Under the pieces are notes generated by a model, which made no database searches, had not been told where the DNA came from, and was given only the letters and a program-made list of their open reading frames with translations. Made by a program: the position numbers and the translations under genes. This document shows positions 11,983 through 23,334 of a DNA stretch of 38,736 nt, piece after piece. The stretch is taken from contig NW_021835727.1 of assembly GCF_006345805.1 (NCBI RefSeq), positions 1 to 38,736 on the forward strand, given 5' to 3'. Within the stretch, counting starts at the first letter, position 1, and each line of letters begins with the position of its first letter. The stretch is from Octopus sinensis. Taxonomy: Eukaryota.

Positions 11983-12620
11983 ACAAAGGGTGCGGTGAGT
12001 GAACTGTCGTCTAAATTACGCAAAAATGAAAATAACACTGAGATCTCATTTTAACAGAGATATTTACCAAAGTTGCATAAAAATATCTTGAAATACTAAA
12101 GAGTAAATTTATTCAATAAAATCGCAATTGTCTTCAACCACGGCCTCCAGACGACTTCGGAATCTCCTGCAACTCTTCTGGATAGTCTCTTGTTCAAGCC
12201 GGGGAATGCTGCCATAATCCTTGCTTTGTGTTCATCTTTGGTGTTACAAGGAGTTTTGTTGGTCTCTCGCCCAACTGCGCCCCACACATAATAATCAAGG
12301 GGGTTGCAGTTTAGAGAGTTAGGTGGCCAGATGTTGGGGGTGATGTGGTCGCAGAAATTGTCTGACAGGCATGACTGGGTTCTCCTGCTTGAGTGGTGTG
12401 GTGCAGAGTCCTGTTGCTAAACATAGGGTCTTCCAGCAATCACCGTCTTGTTTCAGGGCAGCACCCACATCCTCCAGGTACTTGATTTCGACCTCCGTTT
12501 TGAGTGTGAGGCCGTGTGGGCAAATGAATGAAGGCATAACGTCTCCATCACTAGTGATCAATCCAAACACCATGATGTTGACAGGATTTTTGATCTTTAT
12601 CACTCTCGGTACATGTCCTC
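11983..12620 (-). mobile_element. Tc1/mariner DD37D (maT-type) transposon, 3' half, pseudogenised
   Basis: IMVFGLITSDG...*QQDSAP-HHSSRRTQ...IWPPNSLNCNPLDYYVWG; I count 37 residues between the second and third D; stop and frameshifts present. Confidence 0.85.
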
Positions 12621-12739
12621 AGATTGCACTTGTGTGTCGGATCAATTAGGAAAAAATGTAAAAATAGACCATATGTGTGTGTGTGTGAGAGAGTGTTTAT
12701 TTGTGTATTTATGTATGCATGTATATATCTATCTATGTG

Positions 12740-12912
12740 TGTGTCTCTTTGTATTTGAGTCTCCCATCATTCCTTGATAACCGGTGTTGGTGTGTTTATG
12801 CCTTCGTAATTTACTGGTTCATCAGAACACGATAGAATAAACGACTGAATATATATATATCTCTTTTACTTGTTTCAGTCATTTGACTATGGCCATGCTG
12901 GAGCACCACTTT
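12740..12912. mobile_element. SINE A fragments (+ body 12740-12845; - tail 12862-12912)
   Basis: CTTGATAACCGGTGTTGGTGTGTTTATG and TACTTGTTTCAGTCATTTGACTATGGCCATGCTGGAGCACC. Confidence 0.75.
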
Positions 12913-12951
<39 letters not shown>

Positions 12952-13244
12952 TATATATATATAATATATATATATATATATAATTAAATTAGGGTAGAAA
13001 TTGATATTAATCAATTAAAACCAGTGGCCCAGCATATTTTTTAAATCCGAATATTAAAAATTTTCTTACATACAAAATTTAGAGGATTGACCATTAAAAG
13101 TGGACAGCCTGTATGCTAGATATAGACGTCAAGATCGCCATTTTCCACGGAGAATATGTTCTCAACAAAAAAAATCAACAAAAAAACAAATCGTAAAAAT
13201 AAGCTAGACAAATGAAAATATACGAAATAAAAAACGATATATAT

Positions 13245-13533
13245 ATGGCCCAGTGGTTAGGGCAGCGGACTCGCGGTCGTAGGATCGCTGTTTCGATTCC
13301 CAGACCGGGCGTTGTGTTTTTTTATTGAGCGAAAACACCTAAAAGCTCCACGAAGCTCCGGCAGGGGTTGGTGGCGGTCCCTGCTGTACTCTTTCGCCAC
13401 AACTTTCTCTCACTCTTTCTTCTGTTGGCCTGCTCGGTTAGCCAGCGGGGTGGCGTCATTTGAAGGCTAAAACAATGCAAAACGCATTGTGACCAGCGAT
13501 GTGTAGCAACATCTGATAGTCTGGTCGGTCACG

Positions 13534-13539
<6 letters not shown>
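13245..13539 (+). mobile_element. tRNA-derived SINE family C with RTE-type tail
   Basis: A box TGGCCCAGTGG and B-box-like GTTTCGATTCC; head matches 22631; tail matches the LINE end at 13909-13962. Confidence 0.88.
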
Positions 13540-13584
<45 letters not shown>

Positions 13585-13970
13585 GAAGATGATACAGCAT
13601 GGATTGGATATGACACAAAAAGGCCATGAAATTACTATGCTGGGAATATCATTATGGAAGCATATTCAAAATGAGATAATTCGAGAATGGAGCGGAGTGA
13701 TGGATGTGATCGCAGAGTACGGAAGCACAAGATCTGTTGGTCCGGACATGTTGCAAGGTTCCCAGGCAACAGGTGGACCCGTGCAGTTGCCGAGTAGAGA
13801 TTTGTAAAGGCTAATTGGAAGGCCTCAACGACGATGGGAAGATGATTTGGTCAAGCAATTTGGGTCAAGATGGAAAAGAATGGCGCAATCAAGACAGAAT
13901 TGGAAACACATTATCACCAGCGGTGTGTAGCAGCATCTGATGGTCTCGTCGATACTGTGATATTGTGATA
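13585..13970 (+). pseudogene. RTE-group LINE 3' end, decayed
   Basis: MLGISLWKHIQNEIIREWSGVMDVI, GHVAR, NRWT, GRPQRRWEDDL, WKRMAQSRQNW; ends in GTGATA repeats. Confidence 0.82.
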
Positions 13971-14151
13971 TGTATGTGTGTATATATACTTCTAACTTTA
14001 CGGCGGTCTATTTTATTGGAAGGTAATACATTTGTATTGCAATATTTTATTTTATTGGAAACTTTTTCACTGTTCTCGTTCAGTTAACGGCCAGGCGTTC
14101 AGGTGAGTGTACTGGCATTGATGCGGCAACATGTGAAATATTTTCCAGGTA

Positions 14152-14226
14152 AATCCAGCTGATGAAGACTAATCAATTTTACGTTGACAAACGTATTTGA
14201 AGAGTTCGAAACATAGGTACTAGATT
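14152..14226 (+). ncRNA. Type-I hammerhead ribozyme motif with long stem II
   Basis: AATCCAG-CTGATGA-A-GACT...TACGTT-GACA-AACGTA...AGTTC-GAAAC-ATAG-GTA-CTAGATT; stem I pairs 6/7; predicted cut after A14219. Confidence 0.75.
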
Positions 14227-14486
14227 ATCCGATTCTGGGTTGTCCATTTATCGAATGTTCTTCCTAGAGGTAAGACAAATTTTTCATGTGTGTTGCATTC
14301 ACACGTCTTTGCCAATATATACGCAGTGAAGCTTTACTTACATATTCTGTGTCCATCATCACAACATTAGAATAAAAATGAAACAATTCACTCACCTTCC
14401 CTTTTTTTTTAATCTGTGTCCAATAATCGCAGACTTAAACTTGTTTTGAGGAAGTCTTAAGAACATTTGACTCTCCTCGGACAACT

Positions 14487-14744
14487 TGACATTTCTACTC
14501 TACTGTTACCGGCGCAGAAATTGGAAGGGGTGGGGGTATTAACCATGTCGTTGTGACACTGTCACACTGTCAGAGTATGTCACTGTGTCACTCAATAAAT
14601 TTGCTAGTGTGCCTTAGTCTGTCTGTGCGTCTGCCTATAACTGTCAAGCAACCAATCTATTATTTTAGTATTTTGTCACTTCTTCGGTGTATGTTACTGG
14701 TGTTGACAATGTGATTTCTAGAACGTTTCTTTATTTTGATGACA
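14487..14744. promoter_or_regulatory. Cluster of nine TGACA/TGTCA motifs (TALE-homeodomain-like sites)
   Basis: Sites at 14487, 14554, 14560, 14568, 14578, 14586, 14642, 14674, 14704, 14740 region in non-repetitive DNA; function is inferred only. Confidence 0.3.
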
Positions 14745-14949
14745 TTTACTGGGGAAGGGCGCTGGGGGGTGGAGGGAGTGGAGGGAGTGAGTTACTTTTG
14801 AGAGAGAAAAGGAGAGGGAGAGAGAGAGAGAGAGAGAGAACAAGGAAGGAGAAGAAGATTAAGAATAAAAACAAAATGGCGTAAATAAGAAGACGAAATA
14901 TGAGAGGGAAGAGAAATGACGTTGTTTGTGAAATGTATTGGCGCTGGAC

Positions 14950-15073
14950 CACCGTTGACGTAATACACCGTCACCAGCATCAGCAACAGCTGCACCACTG
15001 TCAACACAACCACCTCCAACGCAACCATGACCTACACAAGCTAAAAAGCAGTAACATGACCATCACATCCGCC

Positions 15074-15110
<37 letters not shown>

Positions 15111-15190
15111 TTAACGACAACAACAGTACGATCATCATCAATACCACCACACCCACTATGATCACCACCACCACCACCACCACCACCACT

Positions 15191-15221
<31 letters not shown>

Positions 15222-15496
15222 GCAGTACCATCACCAACTTCACCACCGCCACCACTACCACCACCACCACCAGTCTCCATCAGCAAACACAAAACAGAAG
15301 TTCCACCACCATCACCACAATCATCCTCATCACTACCACCACAACCACAACCACAACCACCACCACTACCACCAACACCACCATCATCACCTCCATCAGC
15401 ATTAATAACAACACAAGCAGCATCACCACAACCACAGCCAAATCTACTACAACTACTACTACTACTACTACTACTACAACTACTACTACAACTACA

Positions 15497-15573
<77 letters not shown>

Positions 15574-15575
15574 TA
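14950..15575. repeat. Compound (CAC/CAA/CAT/TAC)n trinucleotide array
   Basis: Direct inspection; source of the 230-aa poly-Thr ORF. Confidence 0.92.
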
Positions 15576-15783
15576 TATCTATAAATACATAGAGAGAGTA
15601 TTAATTATTAGGTATTCAATGATGTCAGCAATGTGTGAATAAATACGAAGATTAAATTATAGAAATATGGCGTCGGTGTTATAGGAGACAGAATTGAATT
15701 AAAAGTGGAAACATATACAAAAGCAACAACAATATACACACACTTATATGCATGTGCATACATGCATATATACATACACACAC

Positions 15784-15817
<34 letters not shown>

Positions 15818-15856
15818 ATGCATATCTATGTGTGGATGAGTATAAATTGAGGAAGG

Positions 15857-15887
<31 letters not shown>

Positions 15888-15935
15888 ACCGAGAAAGACT
15901 CAGAGAGACGGGGCAATGATATTTTATATACACTC

Positions 15936-15968
<33 letters not shown>

Positions 15969-16309
15969 ACACACATGCACACATGCATACACACACATAC
16001 ACACATAGAGGGTGAGAGGGAAATAGAGAGAAGAAGAAATAATGAAGGAAAAAAAAAAGGAAGAAACGAAAGTTGTCTGAGGAAAGGAGGAGTCTGGTAG
16101 ATTTAAATACCGATGAAACTGATTCGAAACAGAATGGAAAAAAAAGGAAAAAAAGGACACGACAAAAAAAACAGAAAAAAAAGAAATGAGATTATTAAAT
16201 AATGAGTGTTTATGTTAATATTAAATAAATTTCGTAATGTTTAAATCATTAAGTGTTGTTGTAGTAGCAGTAGTAATTTTATAATAGTAATATAAGAACA
16301 TAAAAACAC

Positions 16310-16329
16310 CAATGATAATAATAATAATA

Positions 16330-16376
<47 letters not shown>

Positions 16377-16537
16377 TTGTAATATTAATTTAAAAACTAG
16401 TATTACGTCATTTTCTTAGTGAAAGGTCAGCGAATCATGAAAGATTATGTAAAAGTTATATCGTTTTGTCTGTGATATAATTACATATTGACTTCAACAT
16501 TTAACTTCAACATATTAACAGCAACACCATCGTCATC

Positions 16538-16572
<35 letters not shown>

Positions 16573-16631
16573 TAATAATAATAATGATATTGATAATGAT
16601 AATAATAATGATAATAATGATGATGATGATG

Positions 16632-16680
<49 letters not shown>

Positions 16681-16681
16681 T
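16310..16681. repeat. (TAA)n, (CAG)n and (TAA/TGA)n microsatellites
   Basis: Direct inspection. Confidence 0.9.
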
Positions 16682-16684
16682 CGT

Positions 16685-16895
16685 TATTTCTAGGCACAAA
16701 GCCCTGAAAATTTTGGAGAAGGGGACTAGTCGATTACATCGACCCCAGTGTTCAACTGGTACTTAATTTATCAACCCTGAAAGGCAAAAAGGCAAAGTCG
16801 ATCTCTGCGGAATTTGAACTCAGACCGTAAAGACGGGCGAAATACCGCTAAGCATTTTCCTCAGTGTGCTCACGATTCTGCCAGCTCGCCGCCTT
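16685..16895 (-). mobile_element. SINE family B
   Basis: Reverse complement begins GGCGGCGAGCTGGCAGAATCG, then GAGTTCAAATTCC and ACTGGGGTCGATGTAATCGAC. Confidence 0.85.
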
Positions 16896-16929
16896 AATAA
16901 CAATAATGATAAGAACAATAATAATATTA

Positions 16930-17715
16930 GGCCGACGTTATCAAAACTGATAATTGTGTAACGAAAGAAAAGTTTAATCAAGAAACGAACACACACACAA
17001 AAAAAGAAAAAAGCATGGAAGGAAGAAAATGTACGGTCAGTTTGCAAGAGATGTGAACGCGAAGACAGATACAGACGACCGGTGGCTATGGTTGAAGAGG
17101 AGTGACCTGAAGATAGAGACAGAAGCACTCATATTTCGCAGCTCAAGAGCAAGCATTAAGGACCAACTATAGGAAGTGCAGAATAGACAACACTACCGAT
17201 AGCGACAAATGCAGAATGTATGGTGAGAGGGGTGAAACGGTGTGGCACATCTTTAGTGAATGCCTGAAATTATTACAATGGGAATATAAAAGACACCATG
17301 ACAATGTGGCAATTAGGAGCTCTGTGGAAATCACGGCCTACGAAGAGCAAAGACGTGCTATGAGCAAAACCCAGAAGGAATCACCGAAAATGAGAATTGC
17401 AAAATCCTGTGGGATACAATGATCCAGTGCAATCATTTGACCTGACATCGGAGACCGGATATTGTTGTGGGGAATAAAAAAGAAAGAGCATGCATGATAA
17501 TCAACATAGCATGCTCTGGTAGCAACAGGATCAATGTGAACGAAGAAGAAAAAATGAACAACTATGATGATTTGAAGTGGGAAATACGAAGATTGTGAGA
17601 ATCCTTCTCAGGGTTCATGAAGCATGACCATTAAAAAAATGTCTCCTTAATCTGCTGGCTGTGGACAATTGACACTTTCATCATACCCAGCAAAATAAGC
17701 TGTGAGTTTTCGTAT
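16930..17715 (+). pseudogene. R4/Dong-clade non-LTR retrotransposon 3' end (CCHC knuckle plus restriction-like endonuclease), decayed
   Basis: WLWLKRSDLKIETEALI, AAQEQALRTNY, CRMYGERGETVWHIFSEC, YKRHHDNVA, KILWD, RPDIVV, EKMNNYDDL; 3' end runs into (TAA)n. Confidence 0.87.
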
Positions 17716-17924
17716 AATAATAATAATAATAATAATAAATAATAATAATAATAATAATAATAGTAATAATAATAATAATAGTAATAATAATAATAATATA
17801 TTTTTTAAATCATGAATTTATTTATTTATTAATTTTTTAAATACATATTTTACCTGTGAATTTGCGTGTGTAATCTGGGAAGGCATAGAATGCAGAGAAG
17901 GAAAGAAAAAATAATAATAATAAA

Positions 17925-18212
17925 GGTTTCAAATTTTGGCCCAGGGCCAGCAGGTTGTGAGAAGACGATTACATCGACCCTTGCACTTGAGTAGTACTTT
18001 ATTTTATTGACGCCGAAAGGATTAAAGGCAAGGTGGACATCGGCGTTATTTGAACTTAGAACGGAAAGAGCCAGAAGAGATACCGTGCGTGTTAAAGATG
18101 GCGAAGGAATGAAAGCAAAGAGAAGTTTGGCAGGATTTGAAATCGGAACTTGAAGAGCCGAAAGAAATACGGCAAAAAATCTTTCTGATCTTCTAACGAT
18201 TCTTCCGGCCAA
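17925..18212 (-). mobile_element. Degenerate SINE B with partial internal duplication
   Basis: CGATTACATCGACCC, AAAGGCAAGGTGGAC..GGCG..ATTTGAAC and a second GAAAGCAAAG...ATTTGAA. Confidence 0.7.
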
Positions 18213-18344
18213 CAATAATAATTCCTTCCTTATTAGCATTAAACACACACACACATACATATATAAATACATACATACATATACATACATACATTCATAC
18301 ACATATGTGTGTGTGTGTGTGTGTGCGCGTGTATGTTTGCGTGT

Positions 18345-18552
18345 GTGTGTGCGTCTGGGTTTGTCCCTCACCACCGCTTGACAACCGGCGTAGTTGTGTT
18401 TACGTCCTTGTAACCTAGCGGTTCGGTAAAAGGTGCCGGTAAAATAAGCCACAGGCTTTTATAAAAAAAGATTGGGGTCGATTTGATCGTCTAAGTATTC
18501 TTCAATGCGATGCCCCAGCATGGCCGCAGTCTAATGACTGAAACAAGCAAAA
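18345..18552 (+). mobile_element. SINE A 3' half
   Basis: CACCGCTTGACAACCGG...CCAGCATGGCCGCAGTCTAATGACTGAAACAAG. Confidence 0.85.
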
Positions 18553-18776
18553 AATAAATGCCATAGAAGTTACAAAACTTGTTGGCGAGGAGAAAAATAT
18601 TTGAAAGATCTTTTAAGAGTTTTCTGCAAAGTAGAAGATTCTTAAATGAAAGATAAAAACACTGCAACGATATGTTCCAAAATATAATTAAAACCCCTCC
18701 CTACAAAATAAAGATGAAATTATCTAAAATACACAAAAACCAAAACGAAAAATATGAAAATAAAAGCACAAAAAAT

Positions 18777-19076
18777 GACGAGTGTTCCAGTTGATCAACG
18801 GAAGAGCCTGCTCGTGAAATTAACGTGCGAGTGGCTGAGTACTCCGCAAACACGCATACACTTAGCGTAGTTCTGAAGGAGATTCAGCGTGACACAGAAT
18901 GTGACAAGGATTCTTCCCTTGAATTACAGGTACAAATCATTTTTGCCAGATGAGTGGACTGGAGCAACGTGAAATTGAAATAAAGTGTCTTGCTCAAGAG
19001 CACAACGCGTCGCCAGAAATCGATCTCACAACCTTGCGATCGTGAGCCAAACACCTTACCCTCTAAGCCACGCACC
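18777..19076 (-). mobile_element. tRNA-derived SINE family D, tail type 1
   Basis: Head and CTTGAGCAAGACACTTTATTTC..ACGTTGCTCCAGTCCACTCA block shared with 29556; 3' part differs. Confidence 0.8.
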
Positions 19077-19461
19077 TTTGCCAATCATGAAAACAACGTA
19101 CAAGGTAACCACTCCGGTACATGCAAAGAAATCGCTGCATGCTTGTGATGGGGCTCTCACCTTCACACGATACAACTATTCTGCAACAGAATGGCTATTC
19201 TTGAAGGCACCAGGAATTATCTTTGGTGCAGGACTGAGCTACAAATCTCTCATAAACTGTAAGAAATTTTATAGTTGTAGTTTTTAGACAAGCTTTTACC
19301 TTGTACCTATCATTTGAATACTTCACAAACTCGGAGTCCTTTTCCCCCTCAGCCAACGTATTGTTACTCTCTTCGTAGTCAAGATACTGAGGATGAGGAA
19401 ATATTTTTGCCTTTTTTCCTTTTAGGTTTTTAAGTTCTTTTCGGCAGAAAGACCTTAAATG

Positions 19462-19942
19462 ATGGTCAGCCTGTGATGATATGCATAAGATCTGGTCATC
19501 AAATCTAAGTAGAGATTTCAAACTTAAAATCTTCAAAGCCATAGTCGAACCAATTCTACTATATGGCTCAGAAACCTGGACGTTATCAAAGAAGCTTGAG
19601 AGGCGGTTGGATGGAACTTACACTCGCCACCTTATGAGAGCTCAAAATCTCTCCTGGAAGCGTCATCCAACTAAAGTACAAATATATGGGAAGTTACCAC
19701 CTGTATCATCTCTTATGAAAGGTAGAAGAGTCCAGTTTGCTGGACATTGTTGTGGAGCTGAAAACGAGGTAATTTCTACTCTGCTCGCGATACCAGAGGG
19801 CGCACACTCTCCTACCCTGATGTAATCTCCAAGGATACAGGCATCCAGCAACAGGACCTCCGTAATGCTATGATGGACCGTGAAGTTTGGCGTAACATAG
19901 TAAATTCCATTGTCTCGACCACGGTCGAACAATGAAATGAAA
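19462..19942 (+). pseudogene. RTE-group LINE 3' end
   Basis: KIWSSNLSRDFKLKIFKAIVEPILLYGSETWTL...RRVQFAGHC...AMMDREVWR; ends TGAAATGAAAT. Confidence 0.87.
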
Positions 19943-21424
19943 TTGTGACATGTGTTGCGGGTCAGACTTTCTATCTTGAATGATCAGTCGCAACGACTTT
20001 CTCTCAGAAGCCACAACAGGACACCACTCCGCGACCCTTTTGTTGTTCTGTGAAGTCATGAATTCTTGTATGCCATAGATACTCTACTCTGCCACATATC
20101 TCCAACGGCCACAGCAGCGCTTACCACCGGTCAATTTTCAATTTTCACATTGTTACAGATTCCTTTACTGATGACCCTTGTGTTTTTTCATCCTAAATAC
20201 TCTTACATTAGCATGTGGGTAGATTCGTGATGCCCCAACCAATTTTCTCTTGTCACCGCATAATGAATTAGAAAGCAATTCATATTGTACCATGTGCTCT
20301 CATTCAATCGGTTTGGGAGATCTTATTCTCCCTAACTACTAGGGTTCCCTGCTGTTACTCTTTCGGAGACATGATAAAAACCCACGTCTCTCTCAAGGCA
20401 CAAGCAGACGTTATTCTCCTTCTTTTCATAAGTCAATAAAGTACTGAGATACTGATGCACTTTACATTGTCACGCAACCCTGCCAGGCAGACTTTTCCTC
20501 GGTCTAATATTTCATTTCAAGGATCTGCATGTTTGAAGTAACTTCAACGAAAAAGGAAGATTGGAAACGCATTCTCTAGTTTTCAATGCAAACCGTCCAC
20601 TCATTCTACCGCCGCTTTCGTTATTATTTTCTTCTTTTAACAAATGTGTGTGCGTTCTGTTGTTACTTTTGTTTATGTATATAAATTTTCGTTTCCGGAT
20701 GTGAAATTGTAAAATCGTGACTGTCTGTTCTCGAAAATCTATCTTTTTGCTTTCCTTGTTTATATGTTTTGGACTCTGTTTATCTTTTATTTAAAATTTG
20801 TTTACATGAATTTGAAAATAAAACGACTGTTTTGTTTCAAAAGAGATGCATTCGCTACTTCAGTTTCGGTTGCTTTTAGCTCTTACAACTCCTCTGCGAG
20901 AAGCCATATTGAATGCTATCGTAACCACAAGAAAAGAACCGAAGTAGCGTTTTCTTCTGTTGATATTTTCTGCCCCAAGTAATAGAGGCAGACGTATCAA
21001 CGTGGGGCAATAATCGGTTTGTAAAATAGCTCAAACAGGGATAATCTTTATCCAGTCAAACTTGTTGATAATCCAGTTTCAATGGGAGCTGGGTCAAATA
21101 TTGTTGTCCGAGAAAGAAAGTAGCTCAGATGGCACTAAATCTCTCAAATATATGAAGAAATTATCCAAAAAAAAATAAACATCTTGAAATAGAAGTAACC
21201 TGAATGTCAGGACAAAAAGCAAAAATGGTTATTATAATAGAAACATAGATACTTTGGGAATGATTGAAAAATAAAGAACAAAACAAAAAAGAAAAAGGAA
21301 GTAATTTCTAGGATTTAAAGAACTGAAGTTGGAGATCATTGCCAAGTTTGGCCGATAATTCTTTGTCACGTGATACCTTTAGCTTGTTGGGCTATGTAAT
21401 AAGTTTTGTAAGAAAACAACAGGA

Positions 21425-22582
21425 TCACTCATCCTGCTAGAAGTAGCAGTCACCTTACTCTCAAACGGCATCTGACCATAACAAAAGGACAAAAACTTTA
21501 GTTATGTGAAAAAGAGTCACAACTAGAACGAGTCTTTGATCATAACTCAACCGAGCAGTGCTGACCAGGGGCTAAATATATATCGTATATTTTATACCAA
21601 TCCAAACCAGGTAGACTCTATGTGGTTGTCATGTCTGCTGGAAATAGCAGCCATACATGCAACAACACACTGTGCAGCTTTTGCAAAATGATGTCATTAG
21701 ATAATGCTGACTAAGGTTGACAACGTTGGAGTGGTCACGGCTGGAACAGCTTTGATGATAGGTTTGTTTGGACCAGAGCCTCTTGTGGATTGAACCTCAC
21801 TCCCGCCAGCGACACCAGCAGCCGTCGCAACATGTGTTTTATATGAAAGGAAACGAAGGAAACTAAAGACATGCGTCCTAACATTAGGAAAATGTCGGAA
21901 TGTTATCGAAACACCTTGAAATGGTTAAGATTTCGACATTCTCGTAGATTTGGACAATTTACCCAGAAACCCACGTTGTTGTATTTAAGAACTCTCTGGT
22001 CTCGGATGTTTTTGCAGCGACTCCTGCCTTTGCTGCTGCTCCAGCTGCCACTCCTACTGCTGCTGCTGCTGCTGCTGCTGATATTATTGTTGCTGTTACT
22101 GTTGCTCTCGACATAGACTCTCGACAGTATTCCAGGTGTTTCTGGAGAAAAACAGGCGGATGGCACCAACGAAGAACGCCTACAAGGCCTGAAGAACAAG
22201 AATCCTACATATGGAAGACATTAATAAGAATTCCTTTCTTTCGTTAGTCACGAGGAAGTGTATTAATTAGTTGCTAATTAGTAAGCTTCTAATGATCTTT
22301 CTGTCTCCAACATATGAGTGAATGGGTATAAAATACATTAGTACATATGAACCTTGAAAGGAGCCCCACGGTGGCTGCTCAATCGGTTTGCTAGAAATAG
22401 CAGCCAAACGACCTACATTTATTTTTAGAAACAGAAGCTGTTATTTGTAAATGTGGTATTAGACACATGAAGTGAGGTGAGGGGGGGGAGAAAAGAGGGG
22501 ATGGCTGTGTGGATGCAGGTTTTAATGATAAGGTTGCTCAGTTGGGGCGATAAAGAAAGGACTAAACAACAACAACAACAAC
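21425..22582 (+). repeat. Three old copies of a ~200-bp interspersed repeat (family E): 21425-21578, 21608-21780, 22362-22582
   Basis: Shared TGCT(A/G)GAA(A/G)TAGCAG start, TTTGAT(C/G)ATA block and (G/A)CTAAA(CAA)n end; further copies near 24660-24720 (-) and 35387-35582 (+). Confidence 0.6.
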
Positions 22583-22630
22583 AAAAACAATAAGGATAAC
22601 GATACAAACCATAACAACAGCAACAACAGT

Positions 22631-22980
22631 GGAGGCGCAATGGCTCAGTGGTTAGGGCAGCGGACTCGCGGTCGGAGGATCGCGGTTTCGATTCCCAGAC
22701 CGGGCGTTGTGTGTGTTTATTGAGCGAAAACACCTAAAGCTCCACGAGGCTCCGGCAGGGGGTGGTGGCGACCCCTGTTGTACTCTTTCGCCCCAACTTT
22801 CTCTCACTCTTTCTTTTTGTTTTTTTGTCCCCGACTTCCCAAGCAACCGTCGATGCTCTCGGTGTCGGGGGTTGACCTGCTCTCTCTTCTGCGGGTCTTA
22901 CGAATAGCAACGGACCACGTTTCGGACTTCTCCCACTACAGACGGGACGAAGACCGTTTCGCTCAACAAACAAACAAACA
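22631..22980 (+). mobile_element. SINE C with an alternative structured 3' module and (CAAA)n tail
   Basis: Head nearly identical to 13245-13420; sequence after about 22815 is unrelated to the 13420-13539 tail. Confidence 0.85.
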
Positions 22981-23334
22981 GCAGCAACAACAACACCAAC
23001 AACAGACGCAAAAGACAATAACAGCAACTATAACGATAACAAAAACAACAACAACAACATCAGCAGCAGCAGTAGCAGTGTCTTTCGAAATCAATTCAGT
23101 TCCTGACATTTCATGTTGTTCTTCGCCAGACGTCAGGTTGTTGTGTCACAAGATTCGAGGTTTATCGAAGGAAGCTATGATGGTTTGTAAGAATGGTCTT
23201 CTCCCTAGTTTTTGGTTTTATTACCAGAATCATCAGAAATATCAAATGCCTTACCTTCTACAGTTTTACTGTCTCCCATTATTTTCTGAGTTCAAATTCT
23301 AGTAAAGTATTATTGTTTTTTTCCAGTGAAGTCG

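Noticed and set aside
14103-14148. 46-nt GT-AG mini-intron just upstream of the hammerhead (Penelope pLTRs can hold introns)
   Set aside because: Very short, no clear branch point, and nothing in the window corroborates it.
14900-15592. 230-aa Thr/Asn-rich ORF resembling a mucin
   Set aside because: Produced by trinucleotide microsatellites; overlapping frames are also open and no domain or splice context is evident.
22631-22705. tRNA genes at SINE heads (also 13245, 24815, 29556)
   Set aside because: A and B boxes are present, but acceptor stems are incomplete and each continues into a multi-copy SINE body.
22911-22945. Antisense hammerhead-like CTGTAGT-GGGA-GAAG-TCC-GAAAC-GTG-GTC, and an HDV-like fold at 22870-22910
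   Set aside because: Core is altered and stem I cannot pair; the HDV-like parse lacks P1.1/P4 and a credible P3.
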